From the NCBI RefSeq assembly GCF_030384885.1, contig NZ_CP128613.1: DNA of 64,000 nt; one strand, 5' to 3'. Positions 15,019-27,635 of the stretch are shown here, piece after piece. The stretch's first letter is position 1. Every line of letters begins with the position of its first letter. The stretch comes from Escherichia coli (lineage in GTDB: Bacteria; Pseudomonadota; Gammaproteobacteria; Enterobacterales; Enterobacteriaceae). The position numbers were made by a program, and so were the translations under genes. The notes beneath the pieces were generated by a model. It was not told the origin of the DNA. It was given only the letters and a program-made list of their open reading frames with translations, and made no database searches.

Positions 15019-16680
15019 ATGATTAACCGTATCCGCGTAGTCACGCTGTTGGTAATGGTGCTGGGGGTATTCGCACTGTTACAACTTATTTCCGGCAGTC
15101 TGTTTTTTTCCTCCCTTCACCATAGCCAGAAGAGCTTTGTGGTTTCCAATCAATTACGGGAACAGCAGGGCGAGCTGACGTCAACCTGGGATTTAATGCT
15201 GCAAACGCGCATTAACCTGAGTCGATCAGCGGTGCGGATGATGATGGATTCCTCCAATCAACAAAGTAACGCCAAAGTTGAATTGCTCGATAGCGCCAGG
15301 AAAACTTTGGCCCAGGCCGCGACACATTATAAAAAATTCAAAAGCATGGCGCCGTTACCTGAAATGGTCGCTACCAGTCGTAATATTGATGAAAAATATA
15401 AAAACTATCACACAGCATTAACTGAACTGATTGATTATCTTGATTATGGCAATACTGGAGCTTATTTCGCTCAGCCAACCCAGGGAATGCAAAATGCAAT
15501 GGGCGAAGCGTTTGCTCAGTACGCCCTCAGCAGTGAAAAAATGTATCGCGATATCGTCACTGACAACGCAGATGATTATCGATTTGCCCAGTGGCAACTG
15601 GCGGTTATCGCGCTGGTGGTGGTAATGATTCTGCTGGTGGCGTGGTACGGCATTCGCCGTATGTTGCTTACACCGCTGGCAAAAATTATTGCTCATATTC
15701 GCGAAATCGCCGGTGGTAACCTGGCGAATACCCTGACCATTGATGGGCGCAGTGAAATGGGCGATCTGGCGCAGAGCGTCTCACATATGCAACGCTCTTT
15801 GACTGACACCGTCACTCATGTGCGCGAAGGCTCTGATGCCATCTATGCTGGCACCCGTGAAATTGCGGCGGGCAATACCGATCTTTCTTCCCGTACTGAA
15901 CAGCAAGCATCCGCGCTGGAAGAAACTGCCGCCAGCATGGAGCAGCTCACCGCGACAGTGAAGCAAAACGCCGATAACGCCCGCCAGGCCTCACAACTGG
16001 CGCAAAGTGCCTCCGACACCGCCCAGCATGGCGGCAAAGTGGTGGATGGTGTAGTGAAAACGATGCATGAGATCGCCGATAGTTCGAAGAAAATTGCCGA
16101 CATTATCAGCGTTATCGACGGTATTGCCTTCCAGACTAATATCCTCGCGCTGAATGCCGCTGTTGAAGCCGCGCGAGCGGGTGAACAAGGCCGTGGTTTT
16201 GCCGTGGTGGCGGGCGAAGTGCGTAATCTTGCCAGTCGCAGCGCCCAGGCGGCAAAAGAGATCAAAGCACTTATTGAAGACTCCGTTTCGCGCGTTGATA
16301 CCGGTTCGGTGCTGGTCGAAAGCGCCGGGGAAACAATGAACAATATCGTCAATGCTGTCACTCGCGTGACTGACATTATGGGCGAGATTGCATCGGCATC
16401 AGATGAACAGAGCCGCGGCATCGATCAAGTCGCATTGGCGGTTTCGGAAATGGATCGCGTCACGCAACAGAACGCATCGCTGGTGCAGGAATCAGCTGCT
16501 GCCGCCGCTGCGCTGGAAGAACAGGCCAGTCGTTTAACACAAGCGGTTTCTGCGTTCCATCTGGCAGCCAGCCCACTCACCAATAAAACGCAAACATCAT
16601 CTCGTCCTGCCAGTGAGCAACCACCGGCACAGCCACGACTGCGAATTGCTGAACAAGATCCAAACTGGGAAACATTTTAA
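15019..16680 (+). CDS. tar: Methyl-accepting chemotaxis protein II, Tar (aspartate/maltose; 553 aa)
   Basis: Track ORF trimmed to the ATG at 15019 ([22 protein letters not shown]...); HAMP and MCP signalling domains; C-terminal NWETF pentapeptide. Confidence 0.95.
   Translation: MINRIRVVTLLVMVLGVFALLQLISGSLFFSSLHHSQKSFVVSNQLREQQGELTSTWDLMLQTRINLSRSAVRMMMDSSNQQSNAKVELLDSARKTLAQAATHYKKFKSMAPLPEMVATSRNIDEKYKNYHTALTELIDYLDYGNTGAYFAQPTQGMQNAMGEAFAQYALSSEKMYRDIVTDNADDYRFAQWQLAVIALVVVMILLVAWYGIRRMLLTPLAKIIAHIREIAGGNLANTLTIDGRSEMGDLAQSVSHMQRSLTDTVTHVREGSDAIYAGTREIAAGNTDLSSRTEQQASALEETAASMEQLTATVKQNADNARQASQLAQSASDTAQHGGKVVDGVVKTMHEIADSSKKIADIISVIDGIAFQTNILALNAAVEAARAGEQGRGFAVVAGEVRNLASRSAQAAKEIKALIEDSVSRVDTGSVLVESAGETMNNIVNAVTRVTDIMGEIASASDEQSRGIDQVALAVSEMDRVTQQNASLVQESAAAAAALEEQASRLTQAVSAFHLAASPLTNKTQTSSRPASEQPPAQPRLRIAEQDPNWETF
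15880..16480 (+). repeat. Paralogous MCP signalling-domain repeat, tar copy (approximate)
   Basis: Stretches of tar (e.g. from about 16090) are near-identical at nucleotide level to tap (from about 17790): aaaattgccgacattatcagcgttatcgacgg... Confidence 0.7.
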
Positions 16681-16725
16681 CGAGCATTGACTAACGCGGT
16701 CATTGCCGCCTGATGGGGAGCGTTG

Positions 16726-18327
16726 ATGTTTAATCGTATTCGAATTTCGACCACGCTGTTTTTAATTTTGATTCTCTGCGGGATCTTGCAGATTGGCAGT
16801 AACGGCATGTCTTTTTGGGCATTTCGCGATGATTTGCAACGATTGAATCAGGTCGAGCAGAGCAATCAGCAACGTGCGGCATTAGCGCAAACTCGGGCGG
16901 TGATGTTACAGGCCAGCACCGCGCTGAATAAAGCGGGCACTCTGACGGCGCTTAGCTATCCGGCAGATGACATTAAAACGTTGATGACGACGGCGCGCGC
17001 CAGTCTGACGCAATCCTCTACGTTATTTAAAAGTTTTATGGCGATGACTGCGGGCAACGAGCACGTCAGGGCGTTGCAAAAAGAGACGGAGAAAAGTTTT
17101 GCCCGCTGGCACAACGATCTCGAACATCAGGCGACCTGGCTTGAAAGTAATCAACTTTCGGATTTCCTCACTGCGCCGGTGCAGGAATCACAGAATGCGT
17201 TTGACGTTAACTTTGAGGCCTGGCAGCAGGAGATCAACCATGTGCTGGAAGCCGCCAGTGCGCAAAGCCAGCGTAACTATCAGATTTCGGCGCTGGTGTT
17301 TATCAGCATGATTATTGTTGCAGCGCTCTACATCAGCAGTGCGCTGTGGTGGACGCGCAAGATGATTGTTCAACCACTGGCCATCATCGGTAGCCATTTT
17401 GACAGCATTGCTGCGGGTAATCTGGCGCGTCCGATTGCGGTATATGGTCGCAATGAGATCACCGCCATTTTTGCCAGCCTGAAGACCATGCAGCAGGCTT
17501 TACGTGGGACGGTGAGTGATGTGCGTAAGGGAAGCCAGGAGATGCACATTGGTATCGCGGAGATTGTCGCAGGCAATAACGATCTCTCAAGTCGTACCGA
17601 ACAGCAGGCGGCATCGTTGTCACAAACGGCCGCCAGTATGGAGCAATTAACCGCCACGGTAGGGCAAAACGCCGATAACGCGCGACAGGCGTCGGAACTG
17701 GCAAAAAAAGCCGCCACAACGGCGCAGGCGGGGGGTGTCCAGGTCAGTACCATGACTCACACCATGCAGGAAATCGCCACCAGCTCGCAAAAAATTGGCG
17801 ACATTATCAGCGTTATCGACGGCATTGCTTTCCAGACCAATATTCTGGCGCTGAATGCGGCAGTGGAAGCGGCTCGCGCCGGAGAGCAGGGGCGTGGTTT
17901 TGCGGTAGTGGCAGGTGAAGTGCGCAATCTTGCCAGCCGTAGCGCCCAGGCGGCAAAAGAGATCAAAGGACTGATCGAAGAGTCTGTCAATCGTGTCCAG
18001 CAGGGTTCGAAACTGGTGAATAACGCCGCCGCGACCATGACCGATATTGTCAGTTCAGTAACCCGCGTGAACGACATTATGGGAGAAATTGCCTCGGCGT
18101 CGGAAGAACAACGGCGTGGGATTGAACAAGTTGCACAGGCTGTTAGCCAGATGGATCAGGTGACACAGCAGAACGCCTCGCTGGTAGAAGAAGCGGCGGC
18201 GGCAACGGAACAACTGGCGAACCAGGCTGACAATCTTTCGTCGCGCGTGGCGGCATTTACCCTTGAAGAACATGAAGTAGCAAGACATGAGTCGGCGCAG
18301 TTACAGATTGCGCCAGTGGTATCCTGA
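16726..18327 (+). CDS. tap: Methyl-accepting chemotaxis protein IV, Tap (dipeptide; 533 aa)
   Basis: MFNRIRISTTLFLILILCGILQIG...; MCP signalling domain; no NWETF tail; second of the tandem ATGs chosen. Confidence 0.93.
   Translation: MFNRIRISTTLFLILILCGILQIGSNGMSFWAFRDDLQRLNQVEQSNQQRAALAQTRAVMLQASTALNKAGTLTALSYPADDIKTLMTTARASLTQSSTLFKSFMAMTAGNEHVRALQKETEKSFARWHNDLEHQATWLESNQLSDFLTAPVQESQNAFDVNFEAWQQEINHVLEAASAQSQRNYQISALVFISMIIVAALYISSALWWTRKMIVQPLAIIGSHFDSIAAGNLARPIAVYGRNEITAIFASLKTMQQALRGTVSDVRKGSQEMHIGIAEIVAGNNDLSSRTEQQAASLSQTAASMEQLTATVGQNADNARQASELAKKAATTAQAGGVQVSTMTHTMQEIATSSQKIGDIISVIDGIAFQTNILALNAAVEAARAGEQGRGFAVVAGEVRNLASRSAQAAKEIKGLIEESVNRVQQGSKLVNNAAATMTDIVSSVTRVNDIMGEIASASEEQRRGIEQVAQAVSQMDQVTQQNASLVEEAAAATEQLANQADNLSSRVAAFTLEEHEVARHESAQLQIAPVVS
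17580..18190 (+). repeat. Paralogous MCP signalling-domain repeat, tap copy (approximate)
   Basis: See the tar copy; direct repeats about 1.7 kb apart. Confidence 0.7.
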
Positions 18328-18345
18328 AGTGATTGAGAAGGCGCT

Positions 18346-19206
18346 ATGACTTCATCTCTGCCCTGTGGGCAAACGTCTTTATTGTTACAGATGACCGAGC
18401 GCCTGGCGCTTTCCGACGCGCATTTTCGGCGGATAAGTCAATTGATCTATCAACGAGCCGGGATCGTCCTGGCCGACCATAAACGCGATATGGTCTACAA
18501 CCGATTAGTTCGTCGCTTGCGTTCGCTGGGACTGACAGATTTCGGCCATTACTTGAACTTGCTGGAATCTAATCAGCACAGCGGTGAGTGGCAGGCGTTT
18601 ATCAATTCGCTGACCACGAATCTGACAGCATTTTTCCGTGAGGCACACCATTTTCCTCTGCTCGCGGATCATGCCCGGCGTCGTTCTGGCGAGTATCGTG
18701 TATGGAGCGCGGCGGCTTCGACCGGCGAAGAACCGTACAGCATTGCGATGACACTGGCTGACACATTGGGCACCGCGCCCGGACGCTGGAAAGTGTTTGC
18801 CAGCGACATTGACACCGAAGTGCTGGAAAAAGCCAGAAGCGGTATTTATCGCCATGAAGAGTTGAAAAACCTGACGCCGCAGCAACTGCAGCGGTACTTC
18901 ATGCGGGGGACGGGACCGCATGAAGGATTGGTGCGTGTGCGTCAGGAGCTGGCGAACTATGTTGATTTTGCCCCGCTGAATTTACTGGCGAAACAATACA
19001 CCGTGCCGGGGCCGTTTGATGCGATCTTCTGTCGTAACGTCATGATCTACTTCGATCAAACTACCCAGCAGGAGATTTTGCGCCGCTTTGTTCCGCTCCT
19101 TAAACCCGACGGATTGCTGTTTGCGGGTCACTCTGAAAACTTTAGCCACCTTGAGCGCCGCTTCACGCTGCGTGGTCAGACGGTGTATGCGCTAAGTAAG
19201 GATTAA
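18346..19206 (+). CDS. cheR: Chemotaxis methyltransferase CheR (286 aa)
   Basis: [42 protein letters not shown]... matches remembered CheR. Confidence 0.95.
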
Positions 19207-19208
19207 CG

Positions 19209-20662
<1,454 letters not shown>

Positions 20663-20672
20663 GGATGCGACT

Positions 20673-21317
20673 ATGATGCAACCATCAATCAAACCTGCTG
20701 ACGAGCATTCAGCTGGCGATATCATTGCGCGCATCGGCAGCCTGACGCGTATGTTGCGCGACAGTTTGCGCGAGCTGGGGCTGGATCAGGCAATTGCCGA
20801 AGCGGCGGAAGCCATCCCCGATGCCCGCGATCGTTTGTACTATGTTGTGCAGATGACTGCCCAGGCTGCAGAGCGGGCGCTGAACAGTGTTGAAGCGTCA
20901 CAACCACATCAAGATCAAATGGAGAAATCAGCAAAAGCATTAACCCAACGTTGGGATGACTGGTTTGCCGATCCGATTGACCTTGCCGGTGCCCGTGAAC
21001 TGGTGACAGATACGCGGCAATTTCTGGCAGATGTCCCCGCGCATACCAGCTTTACTAACGCGCAACTGCTGGAAATCATGATGGCGCAGGATTTTCAGGA
21101 TCTCACCGGACAGGTCATTAAGCGGATGATGGATGTCATTCAGGAGATCGAACGTCAATTGCTGATGGTGCTGTTGGAAAACATCCCGGAACAGGAGTCG
21201 CGTCCAAAACGTGAAAACCAGAGTTTGCTTAATGGACCTCAGGTTGATACCAGCAAAGCCGGTGTGGTAGCCAGTCAGGATCAGGTGGACGATTTGTTGG
21301 ATAGTCTTGGATTTTGA
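20673..21317 (+). CDS. cheZ: CheY-P phosphatase CheZ (214 aa)
   Basis: Track ORF trimmed to the ATG at 20673 ([28 protein letters not shown]...). Confidence 0.93.
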   Translation: MMQPSIKPADEHSAGDIIARIGSLTRMLRDSLRELGLDQAIAEAAEAIPDARDRLYYVVQMTAQAAERALNSVEASQPHQDQMEKSAKALTQRWDDWFADPIDLAGARELVTDTRQFLADVPAHTSFTNAQLLEIMMAQDFQDLTGQVIKRMMDVIQEIERQLLMVLLENIPEQESRPKRENQSLLNGPQVDTSKAGVVASQDQVDDLLDSLGF

Positions 21318-21325
21318 TTTGTATT

Positions 21326-21380
21326 GCCTGATGTGGCGTAACCGCGTCATATCAGGCGATGACGCCGCATCCGACAAACG
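21326..21380. repeat. REP (repetitive extragenic palindrome) element between cheZ and flhB
   Basis: gcctgatgtggcgtaaccgcgtcatatcaggcgatgacgccgcatccgaca: typical REP core (gccgcatccg) and palindrome. Confidence 0.7.
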
Positions 21381-21504
21381 CACACCATGCTTGATGTGTG
21401 CAGCAAAAGCCCTAAATCCCCCCTGTTTTGCCCCTTACTCAGACCATTGAACGCTTTTCGCTCTGGCATCATTCACGCTTAATACTCTTTCCAGGATTGG
21501 CGAC

Positions 21505-22653
21505 GTGTCTGACGAGAGCGACGACAAAACAGAAGCCCCCACACCCCACCGACTTGAAAAAGCGCGGGAGGAGGGGCAGATCCCGCGTTCCCGTGAACTG
21601 ACCTCACTGCTGATTTTGTTGGTGGGCGTCTGTGTTATCTGGTTTGGCGGTGTGTCGCTGGCCCGTCGATTGTCGGGCATGCTCTCCGCTGGGCTGCATT
21701 TTGATCACAATATTATCAATGACCCGAATCTGATCCTCGGGCAGATTATTCTGCTGATCAGAGAAGCCATGTTGGGGCTGCTGCCGCTGATTAGCGGCGT
21801 GGTGCTGGTGGCGCTCATTTCTCCGGTCATGCTGGGGGGGCTGGTATTTAGCGGCAAATCCTTGCAGCCAAAGTTTTCCAAACTCAACCCGCTACCGGGA
21901 ATTAAACGGATGTTCTCGGCACAGACTGGCGCGGAGTTGCTTAAAGCGATTTTGAAAACCATCCTGGTTGGCAGCGTGACGGGGTTTTATCTCTGGCATC
22001 ACTGGCCGCAGATGATGCGCTTAATGGCTGAGTCTCCGATTACTGCCATGGGTAATGCGATGGATCTGGTTGGGCTATGCGCACTGCTGGTGGTGCTTGG
22101 TGTTATTCCGATGGTGGGATTTGACGTCTTTTTCCAAATCTTTAGCCACCTGAAAAAACTGCGTATGTCGCGGCAGGATATTCGTGATGAGTTTAAACAA
22201 AGCGAAGGCGACCCTCATGTTAAGGGGCGGATCCGTCAGATGCAGCGAGCTGCCGCACGGCGTCGGATGATGAACGATGTGCCGAAAGCGGATGTCATTG
22301 TCAATAACCCGACCCACTATTCGGTAGCGTTGCAGTATGACGAACACAAAATGAGCGCACCGAAAGTGGTCGCTAAAGGTGCAGGGCTGGTCGCACTGCG
22401 CATTCGTGAAATTGGCGCTGAAAATAACGTCCCTACGCTTGAAGCGCCGCCGCTGGCGCGAGCGCTGTATCGACATGCGGAGATCGGTCAACAAATCCCA
22501 GGCCAACTGTACGCCGCAGTGGCGGAAGTGCTGGCCTGGGTCTGGCAACTGAAACGCTGGCGTCTGGCTGGTGGACAGCGCCCTGTACAACCTACTCATC
22601 TTCCGGTGCCGGAAGCCCTGGATTTTATTAACGAGAAACCGACCCATGAGTAA
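21505..22653 (+). CDS. flhB: Flagellar export apparatus protein FlhB (382 aa, GTG start)
   Basis: (V)SDESDDKTEAPTPHRLEKAREEGQIPRSREL...; NPTH autocleavage motif present. Confidence 0.95.
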   Translation: MSDESDDKTEAPTPHRLEKAREEGQIPRSRELTSLLILLVGVCVIWFGGVSLARRLSGMLSAGLHFDHNIINDPNLILGQIILLIREAMLGLLPLISGVVLVALISPVMLGGLVFSGKSLQPKFSKLNPLPGIKRMFSAQTGAELLKAILKTILVGSVTGFYLWHHWPQMMRLMAESPITAMGNAMDLVGLCALLVVLGVIPMVGFDVFFQIFSHLKKLRMSRQDIRDEFKQSEGDPHVKGRIRQMQRAAARRRMMNDVPKADVIVNNPTHYSVALQYDEHKMSAPKVVAKGAGLVALRIREIGAENNVPTLEAPPLARALYRHAEIGQQIPGQLYAAVAEVLAWVWQLKRWRLAGGQRPVQPTHLPVPEALDFINEKPTHE

Positions 22654-24724
22654 TCTGGCCGCGATGCTGCGCCTGCCCGCAAACCTGAAATCGACACAAT
22701 GGCAGATCCTTGCCGGACCGATTTTGATCCTGTTGATCTTGTCGATGATGGTGCTGCCACTGCCCGCATTCATACTCGACCTGCTGTTCACCTTCAATAT
22801 TGCCTTGTCGATCATGGTGTTGCTGGTCGCGATGTTTACCCAGCGCACGCTCGAGTTTGCTGCGTTTCCGACCATTCTGTTGTTTACCACCCTGTTACGT
22901 CTGGCACTTAACGTGGCTTCAACCCGTATCATTTTGATGGAAGGGCATACTGGCGCGGCGGCGGCAGGGAAGGTGGTCGAAGCGTTCGGTCACTTCCTCG
23001 TTGGTGGCAATTTCGCTATCGGTATCGTGGTGTTCGTCATTCTCGTGATCATCAACTTTATGGTTATTACCAAAGGTGCCGGGCGTATCGCAGAAGTAGG
23101 CGCGCGCTTTGTTCTCGATGGTATGCCAGGAAAGCAGATGGCGATTGATGCCGACCTTAACGCCGGACTGATTGGTGAAGATGAGGCGAAAAAACGCCGC
23201 AGTGAAGTCACTCAGGAAGCCGATTTTTACGGCTCAATGGACGGAGCAAGTAAGTTTGTTCGCGGCGATGCCATCGCCGGGATCCTCATCATGGTCATTA
23301 ACGTTGTCGGCGGATTGCTGGTCGGTGTGCTGCAACATGGCATGAGCATGGGACATGCGGCGGAAAGTTATACGCTATTGACCATTGGTGACGGTCTGGT
23401 AGCACAAATCCCGGCGCTGGTGATTTCTACCGCCGCGGGGGTTATCGTTACGCGCGTCAGCACTGATCAGGATGTTGGCGAACAGATGGTGAATCAGCTT
23501 TTCAGTAACCCGAGCGTTATGTTGTTAAGCGCCGCCGTGCTCGGTTTACTCGGCCTGGTGCCTGGAATGCCGAACCTGGTATTTTTGCTGTTCACTGCCG
23601 GATTGCTGGGGCTGGCCTGGTGGATCCGCGGACGCGAACAAAAAGCGCCTGCCGAACCAAAACCGGTAAAAATGGCAGAGAATAATGCCGTTGTCGAAGC
23701 AACGTGGAACGATGTTCAACTGGAAGATTCTCTGGGAATGGAAGTGGGTTATCGACTGATCCCGATGGTCGATTTTCAGCAGGATGGTGAACTACTGGGT
23801 CGTATTCGCAGTATTCGCAAGAAATTTGCTCAGGAAATGGGCTTTCTGCCGCCGGTAGTACACATTCGCGACAATATGGATCTGCAACCTGCCCGCTACC
23901 GTATTTTGATGAAAGGCGTGGAGATAGGCAGTGGTGATGCATATCCGGGGCGCTGGTTGGCAATAAACCCAGGTACCGCAGCTGGAACGTTACCTGGAGA
24001 GGCGACCGTCGATCCGGCATTTGGTCTGAATGCTATCTGGATTGAAAGTGCGCTAAAAGAACAGGCGCAGATTCAAGGGTATACCGTGGTTGAGGCCAGC
24101 ACGGTGGTGGCTACGCATCTTAACCACCTCATAAGCCAGCATGCCGCAGAGCTGTTTGGTCGTCAGGAGGCGCAACAGTTGCTGGATCGTGTCGCTCAGG
24201 AGATGCCAAAGCTGACGGAAGATCTCGTGCCTGGCGTCGTCACGCTCACCACACTGCATAAAGTGCTGCAAAATCTGCTCGATGAAAAAGTCCCGATTCG
24301 CGATATGCGCACTATTCTCGAAACGCTGGCGGAACATGCGCCCATCCAAAGCGATCCACATGAATTAACCGCCGTCGTGCGCGTGGCGTTAGGACGGGCT
24401 ATAACCCAGCAGTGGTTTCCTGGCAAAGATGAAGTCCATGTTATTGGCCTCGATACACCGCTGGAACGTTTGTTACTACAGGCCTTGCAGGGTGGGGGCG
24501 GATTGGAGCCTGGGCTGGCGGATCGTTTACTGGCACAAACTCAGGAAGCGCTATCCCGTCAGGAGATGCTGGGTGCGCCGCCAGTATTATTGGTGAACCA
24601 CGCGCTGCGACCATTATTGTCTCGCTTCCTGCGTCGCAGCCTGCCGCAGTTAGTGGTGCTGTCGAATCTGGAACTATCAGATAACCGACATATCCGTATG
24701 ACGGCGACGATTGGCGGCAAATAA
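22646..24724 (+). CDS. flhA: Flagellar export apparatus protein FlhA (692 aa)
   Basis: Track ORF trimmed to the ATG at 22646 (MSNLAAMLRLPANLKSTQWQILAGPILILL...); 8-nt overlap with flhB. Confidence 0.95.
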   Translation: MSNLAAMLRLPANLKSTQWQILAGPILILLILSMMVLPLPAFILDLLFTFNIALSIMVLLVAMFTQRTLEFAAFPTILLFTTLLRLALNVASTRIILMEGHTGAAAAGKVVEAFGHFLVGGNFAIGIVVFVILVIINFMVITKGAGRIAEVGARFVLDGMPGKQMAIDADLNAGLIGEDEAKKRRSEVTQEADFYGSMDGASKFVRGDAIAGILIMVINVVGGLLVGVLQHGMSMGHAAESYTLLTIGDGLVAQIPALVISTAAGVIVTRVSTDQDVGEQMVNQLFSNPSVMLLSAAVLGLLGLVPGMPNLVFLLFTAGLLGLAWWIRGREQKAPAEPKPVKMAENNAVVEATWNDVQLEDSLGMEVGYRLIPMVDFQQDGELLGRIRSIRKKFAQEMGFLPPVVHIRDNMDLQPARYRILMKGVEIGSGDAYPGRWLAINPGTAAGTLPGEATVDPAFGLNAIWIESALKEQAQIQGYTVVEASTVVATHLNHLISQHAAELFGRQEAQQLLDRVAQEMPKLTEDLVPGVVTLTTLHKVLQNLLDEKVPIRDMRTILETLAEHAPIQSDPHELTAVVRVALGRAITQQWFPGKDEVHVIGLDTPLERLLLQALQGGGGLEPGLADRLLAQTQEALSRQEMLGAPPVLLVNHALRPLLSRFLRRSLPQLVVLSNLELSDNRHIRMTATIGGK

Positions 24725-25116
24725 TGAGAGCCTTATTAGCAATATTATTGTTTCCGCTGCTGGCGCAAGCCGCCGGGGAGGGGATGTGGCAGGCGAGCAG
24801 TGTGGGCGTTACGTTAAATCACCGTGGTGAATCGATGTCGTCAGCGCCTCTTTCTTCGCGACAACCTGCATCAGGATTGATGACGCTGGTTGCGTGGCGT
24901 TATCAGCTTATCGGCCCAACTCCCGTAGGGCTGCGGGTTCGCTTGTGTTCACAATCTCGTTGTGTCGAATTAGAGGGGCAGAGCGGAACCACCGTGGCCT
25001 TTTCCGGTATACCGGCGGCAGAACCGTTGCGATTTATCTGGGAAGTGCCTGGCGGCGGGCGGTTAACTCCGCCGCTAAAAGTACAACGTAATGAAGTGAT
25101 TGTGAATTATCGCTGA
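24724..25116 (+). CDS. flhE: Flagellar protein FlhE (130 aa, periplasmic)
   Basis: MRALLAILLFPLLAQAAGEGMWQASSVGVTL...; signal peptide; start overlaps the flhA stop (TAATGA). Confidence 0.92.
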   Translation: MRALLAILLFPLLAQAAGEGMWQASSVGVTLNHRGESMSSAPLSSRQPASGLMTLVAWRYQLIGPTPVGLRVRLCSQSRCVELEGQSGTTVAFSGIPAAEPLRFIWEVPGGGRLTPPLKVQRNEVIVNYR

Positions 25117-25164
25117 AGGACAAATAAAAATTACGCGCTCGCGGCATGTTTAATAACTCAGTGA

Positions 25165-25220
25165 AAAAGGCTCGATGTTTTGTTGCAATTATTTATCAGG
25201 AATAGCTTGCAACAAAACAT
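25165..25220. terminator. Perfect 14-bp inverted repeat (atgttttgttgcaa ... ttgcaacaaaacat) between the convergent flhE and yecT; likely bidirectional terminator
   Basis: Read directly in the sequence; arms separated by a 28-nt AT-rich loop; sits between two convergent stop codons. Confidence 0.55.
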
Positions 25221-25236
25221 GCCAAAAATATGTGAA

Positions 25237-25746
25237 TTATCCTCTTGTCAAAGGGCTTGGATAAAAATCTTCAGAGTTACGGTATAACTGCAACTGGCGA
25301 GTTCGCGTATTGGTCTGTATGATCATACATGAGAGCCATTCTGATTCAGAATAAGGGGCACTTAAATCCTGAACGTCTTCATTTGAAAGGATTAATTCAC
25401 ATTCTTTGTCCCTAAAATCCAGCCAGGCTCGTTGTGATTTTTTAAGCAAGTTAAGTTGTTCGGTATCAGGTTTTTTGACACCTGTGCGTGGTACTTGTTC
25501 TATATAACGATAAGCTTCACCATAAGCTTTATTTAATTGCGCATCGACGAGATTGTATTCTTGTCGCAGGCATGATTTGATCACGTTAATGTCAGTATCA
25601 TCATCTGAATTTTTTTGCCAACAATCTTTGATGGCTGAAATGTCATGGTCATTGACTATAACCGTATCTTCTGCGTAAGCCTGGCAAGAGATAATGCCTA
25701 ATGTTAATACAAGAAATTTAAACACTGCGGTATTCCTTAAATTCAA
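25237..25746 (-). CDS. yecT: DUF1311 (LprI-like) periplasmic protein YecT (169 aa)
   Basis: MNLRNTAVFKFLVLTLGIISCQAYAEDTVIV...; signal peptide; visibly AT-rich coding sequence; position between flhE and argS. Confidence 0.8.
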   Translation of the reverse strand: MNLRNTAVFKFLVLTLGIISCQAYAEDTVIVNDHDISAIKDCWQKNSDDDTDINVIKSCLRQEYNLVDAQLNKAYGEAYRYIEQVPRTGVKKPDTEQLNLLKKSQRAWLDFRDKECELILSNEDVQDLSAPYSESEWLSCMIIQTNTRTRQLQLYRNSEDFYPSPLTRG

Positions 25747-25844
25747 CCGTTATCGTTTCCCTGGGGCCGGATATTACGCTTCTGGCCTCTTATCCAATAG
25801 TGAGAAAACAGTGGCATGTCCATTTTCAGAATACATTTAGATGG

Positions 25845-25881
25845 CAATAAAAAAGCCTGATCAGGTAACCCTGATCAGGCT
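25845..25881 (-). terminator. Rho-independent terminator of argS
   Basis: Minus-strand hairpin gcctgatcagg/cctgatcaggc followed by a U-run (A-run on the plus strand at 25845-25855). Confidence 0.8.
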
Positions 25882-25901
25882 TCACTCTCACGAAAAATCG
25901 A

Positions 25902-27635
25902 TTACATACGCTCTACTGTCTCAATACCCAGCGTATCCAGGCCCAGCTTCAGCGTCTTCGCCGTCAGTTGTGCCAGTTTCAGACGACTGTTACGCACTTC
26001 TTCGTTTTCTGCGCTGAGGATCGGGCAGTGCTCGTAGAAGCCAGAGAACAGACCGGCCAGATCGTACAGGTAAGCACACATCACGTGCGGCGTGCCTTCA
26101 CGGGCAACCACAGTGAGGGTTTCTTCAAACTGCAGCAGGCGAGCTGCCAGTTGTGCCTCACGATCTTCACGGATGATTACCGGAGCTGCAGCCAGTTGCT
26201 CTTCGTCAATTTCTGCTTTACGGAACACGGACAATACACGCGTGTAAGCATACTGCATGTATGGCGCGGTATTACCCTCAAACGCCAGCATGTTGTCCCA
26301 GTCGAAGATGTAGTCAGTGGTACGGTTTTTGGAGAGATCTGCGTATTTAACCGCACCAATACCAACCGCATTAGCCAGTTTTTCCAGCTCATCGGCTGGC
26401 ATATCCGGGTTCTTCTCTGCCACCAGACGGCGTGCGCGTTCCAGGGCTTCATCCAGCAGATCGGCCAGTTTCACCGTACCGCCAGCACGCGTTTTGAACG
26501 GTTTGCCGTCTTTGCCCAGCATCATGCCGAACATATGATGTTCCAGCGGTACGGATTCCGGCACATAGCCTGCTTTACGGACGATAGCCCACGCCTGCAT
26601 CAGGTGTTGATGCTGGCGGGAGTCGATGTAATACAGCACGCGATCGGCATGCAATGTTTCATAACGATATTTTGCACAGGCGATATCAGTGGTGGTGTAG
26701 AGATAGCCGCCATCTTTCTTCTGAATGATCACGCCCATCGGTTCGCCTTCCTTGTTTTTGAACTCATCAAGGAATACGACGGTTGCGCCTTCGCTTTCTA
26801 CAGCCAGACCTTTGGCTTTGAGATCAGCCACGATACCCGGCAGCATCGGGTTGTACAGGCTTTCGCCCATCACGTCATCACGGGTCAGCGTCACGTTCAA
26901 ACGATCGTAGGTGATCTGGTTCTGCGTCATGGTGATGTCGACCAGTTTGCGCCACATCTCACGGAAGTATTCATCACCGCTTTGCAGTTTTACCACGTAG
27001 TTACGTGCACGCTCAGCGAACGCTTCATCTTCATCGTAATGCTTTTTCGCATCGCGGTAGAAACCTTCAAGATCAGCCAGCTCCATTTCACCGGCATTTT
27101 CCTGCTGCTGCTTTTCCAGCCATGCAATCAGCATACCGAACTGAGTGCCCCAGTCGCCGACGTGGTTTGCGCGAATCACTTTGTGACCGAGGAACTCCAG
27201 AGTACGCACTGCTGCGTCACCAATAATGGTAGAGCGCAGGTGACCGACGTGCATCTCTTTCGCCACGTTTGGCGCAGAGTAGTCAACCACAATGGTCTGT
27301 TTTTCTGGCGTAGCAACACCGAGACGATCGGACGCCAGCGCCTGCTGAACATGTTCAGCCAGGAATGCCGGATCAAGGAAAATGTTGATAAAGCCTGGTC
27401 CGGCGATCTCAACCTTGCTGGCGATACCGTTAAGATCCAGATGAGTCAGCACCTGCTCTGCTAATTGTCGCGGTGCCATACCCAGTTTTTTAGCAACTGC
27501 CATCATGCCGTTAGCCTGATAGTCGCCGAACTGAACTTTTGCTGACTGACGAACCTGCGGTTCGCAATCCGCAGGCGCGCCTGCCGCAATCATGGCCTGA
27601 CGGACTTTTTCTGAGAGAAGAGCCTGAATATTCAC
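25902..27635 (-). CDS. argS: Arginine--tRNA ligase ArgS (577 aa)
   Basis: [43 protein letters not shown]...; HVGH and KMSK-type class I motifs. Confidence 0.97.
   Translation of the reverse strand: MNIQALLSEKVRQAMIAAGAPADCEPQVRQSAKVQFGDYQANGMMAVAKKLGMAPRQLAEQVLTHLDLNGIASKVEIAGPGFINIFLDPAFLAEHVQQALASDRLGVATPEKQTIVVDYSAPNVAKEMHVGHLRSTIIGDAAVRTLEFLGHKVIRANHVGDWGTQFGMLIAWLEKQQQENAGEMELADLEGFYRDAKKHYDEDEAFAERARNYVVKLQSGDEYFREMWRKLVDITMTQNQITYDRLNVTLTRDDVMGESLYNPMLPGIVADLKAKGLAVESEGATVVFLDEFKNKEGEPMGVIIQKKDGGYLYTTTDIACAKYRYETLHADRVLYYIDSRQHQHLMQAWAIVRKAGYVPESVPLEHHMFGMMLGKDGKPFKTRAGGTVKLADLLDEALERARRLVAEKNPDMPADELEKLANAVGIGAVKYADLSKNRTTDYIFDWDNMLAFEGNTAPYMQYAYTRVLSVFRKAEIDEEQLAAAPVIIREDREAQLAARLLQFEETLTVVAREGTPHVMCAYLYDLAGLFSGFYEHCPILSAENEEVRNSRLKLAQLTAKTLKLGLDTLGIETVERM

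Noticed and set aside
22075-22932. 285-aa ORF antisense to the flhB/flhA junction
   Set aside because: Antisense to two conserved flagellar genes; no start context.
25968-27464. 498-aa ORF on the plus strand, fully antisense to argS
   Set aside because: Lies entirely within a well-supported essential gene on the opposite strand; no RBS or recognisable domains. Long antisense ORFs are common opposite GC-balanced genes.
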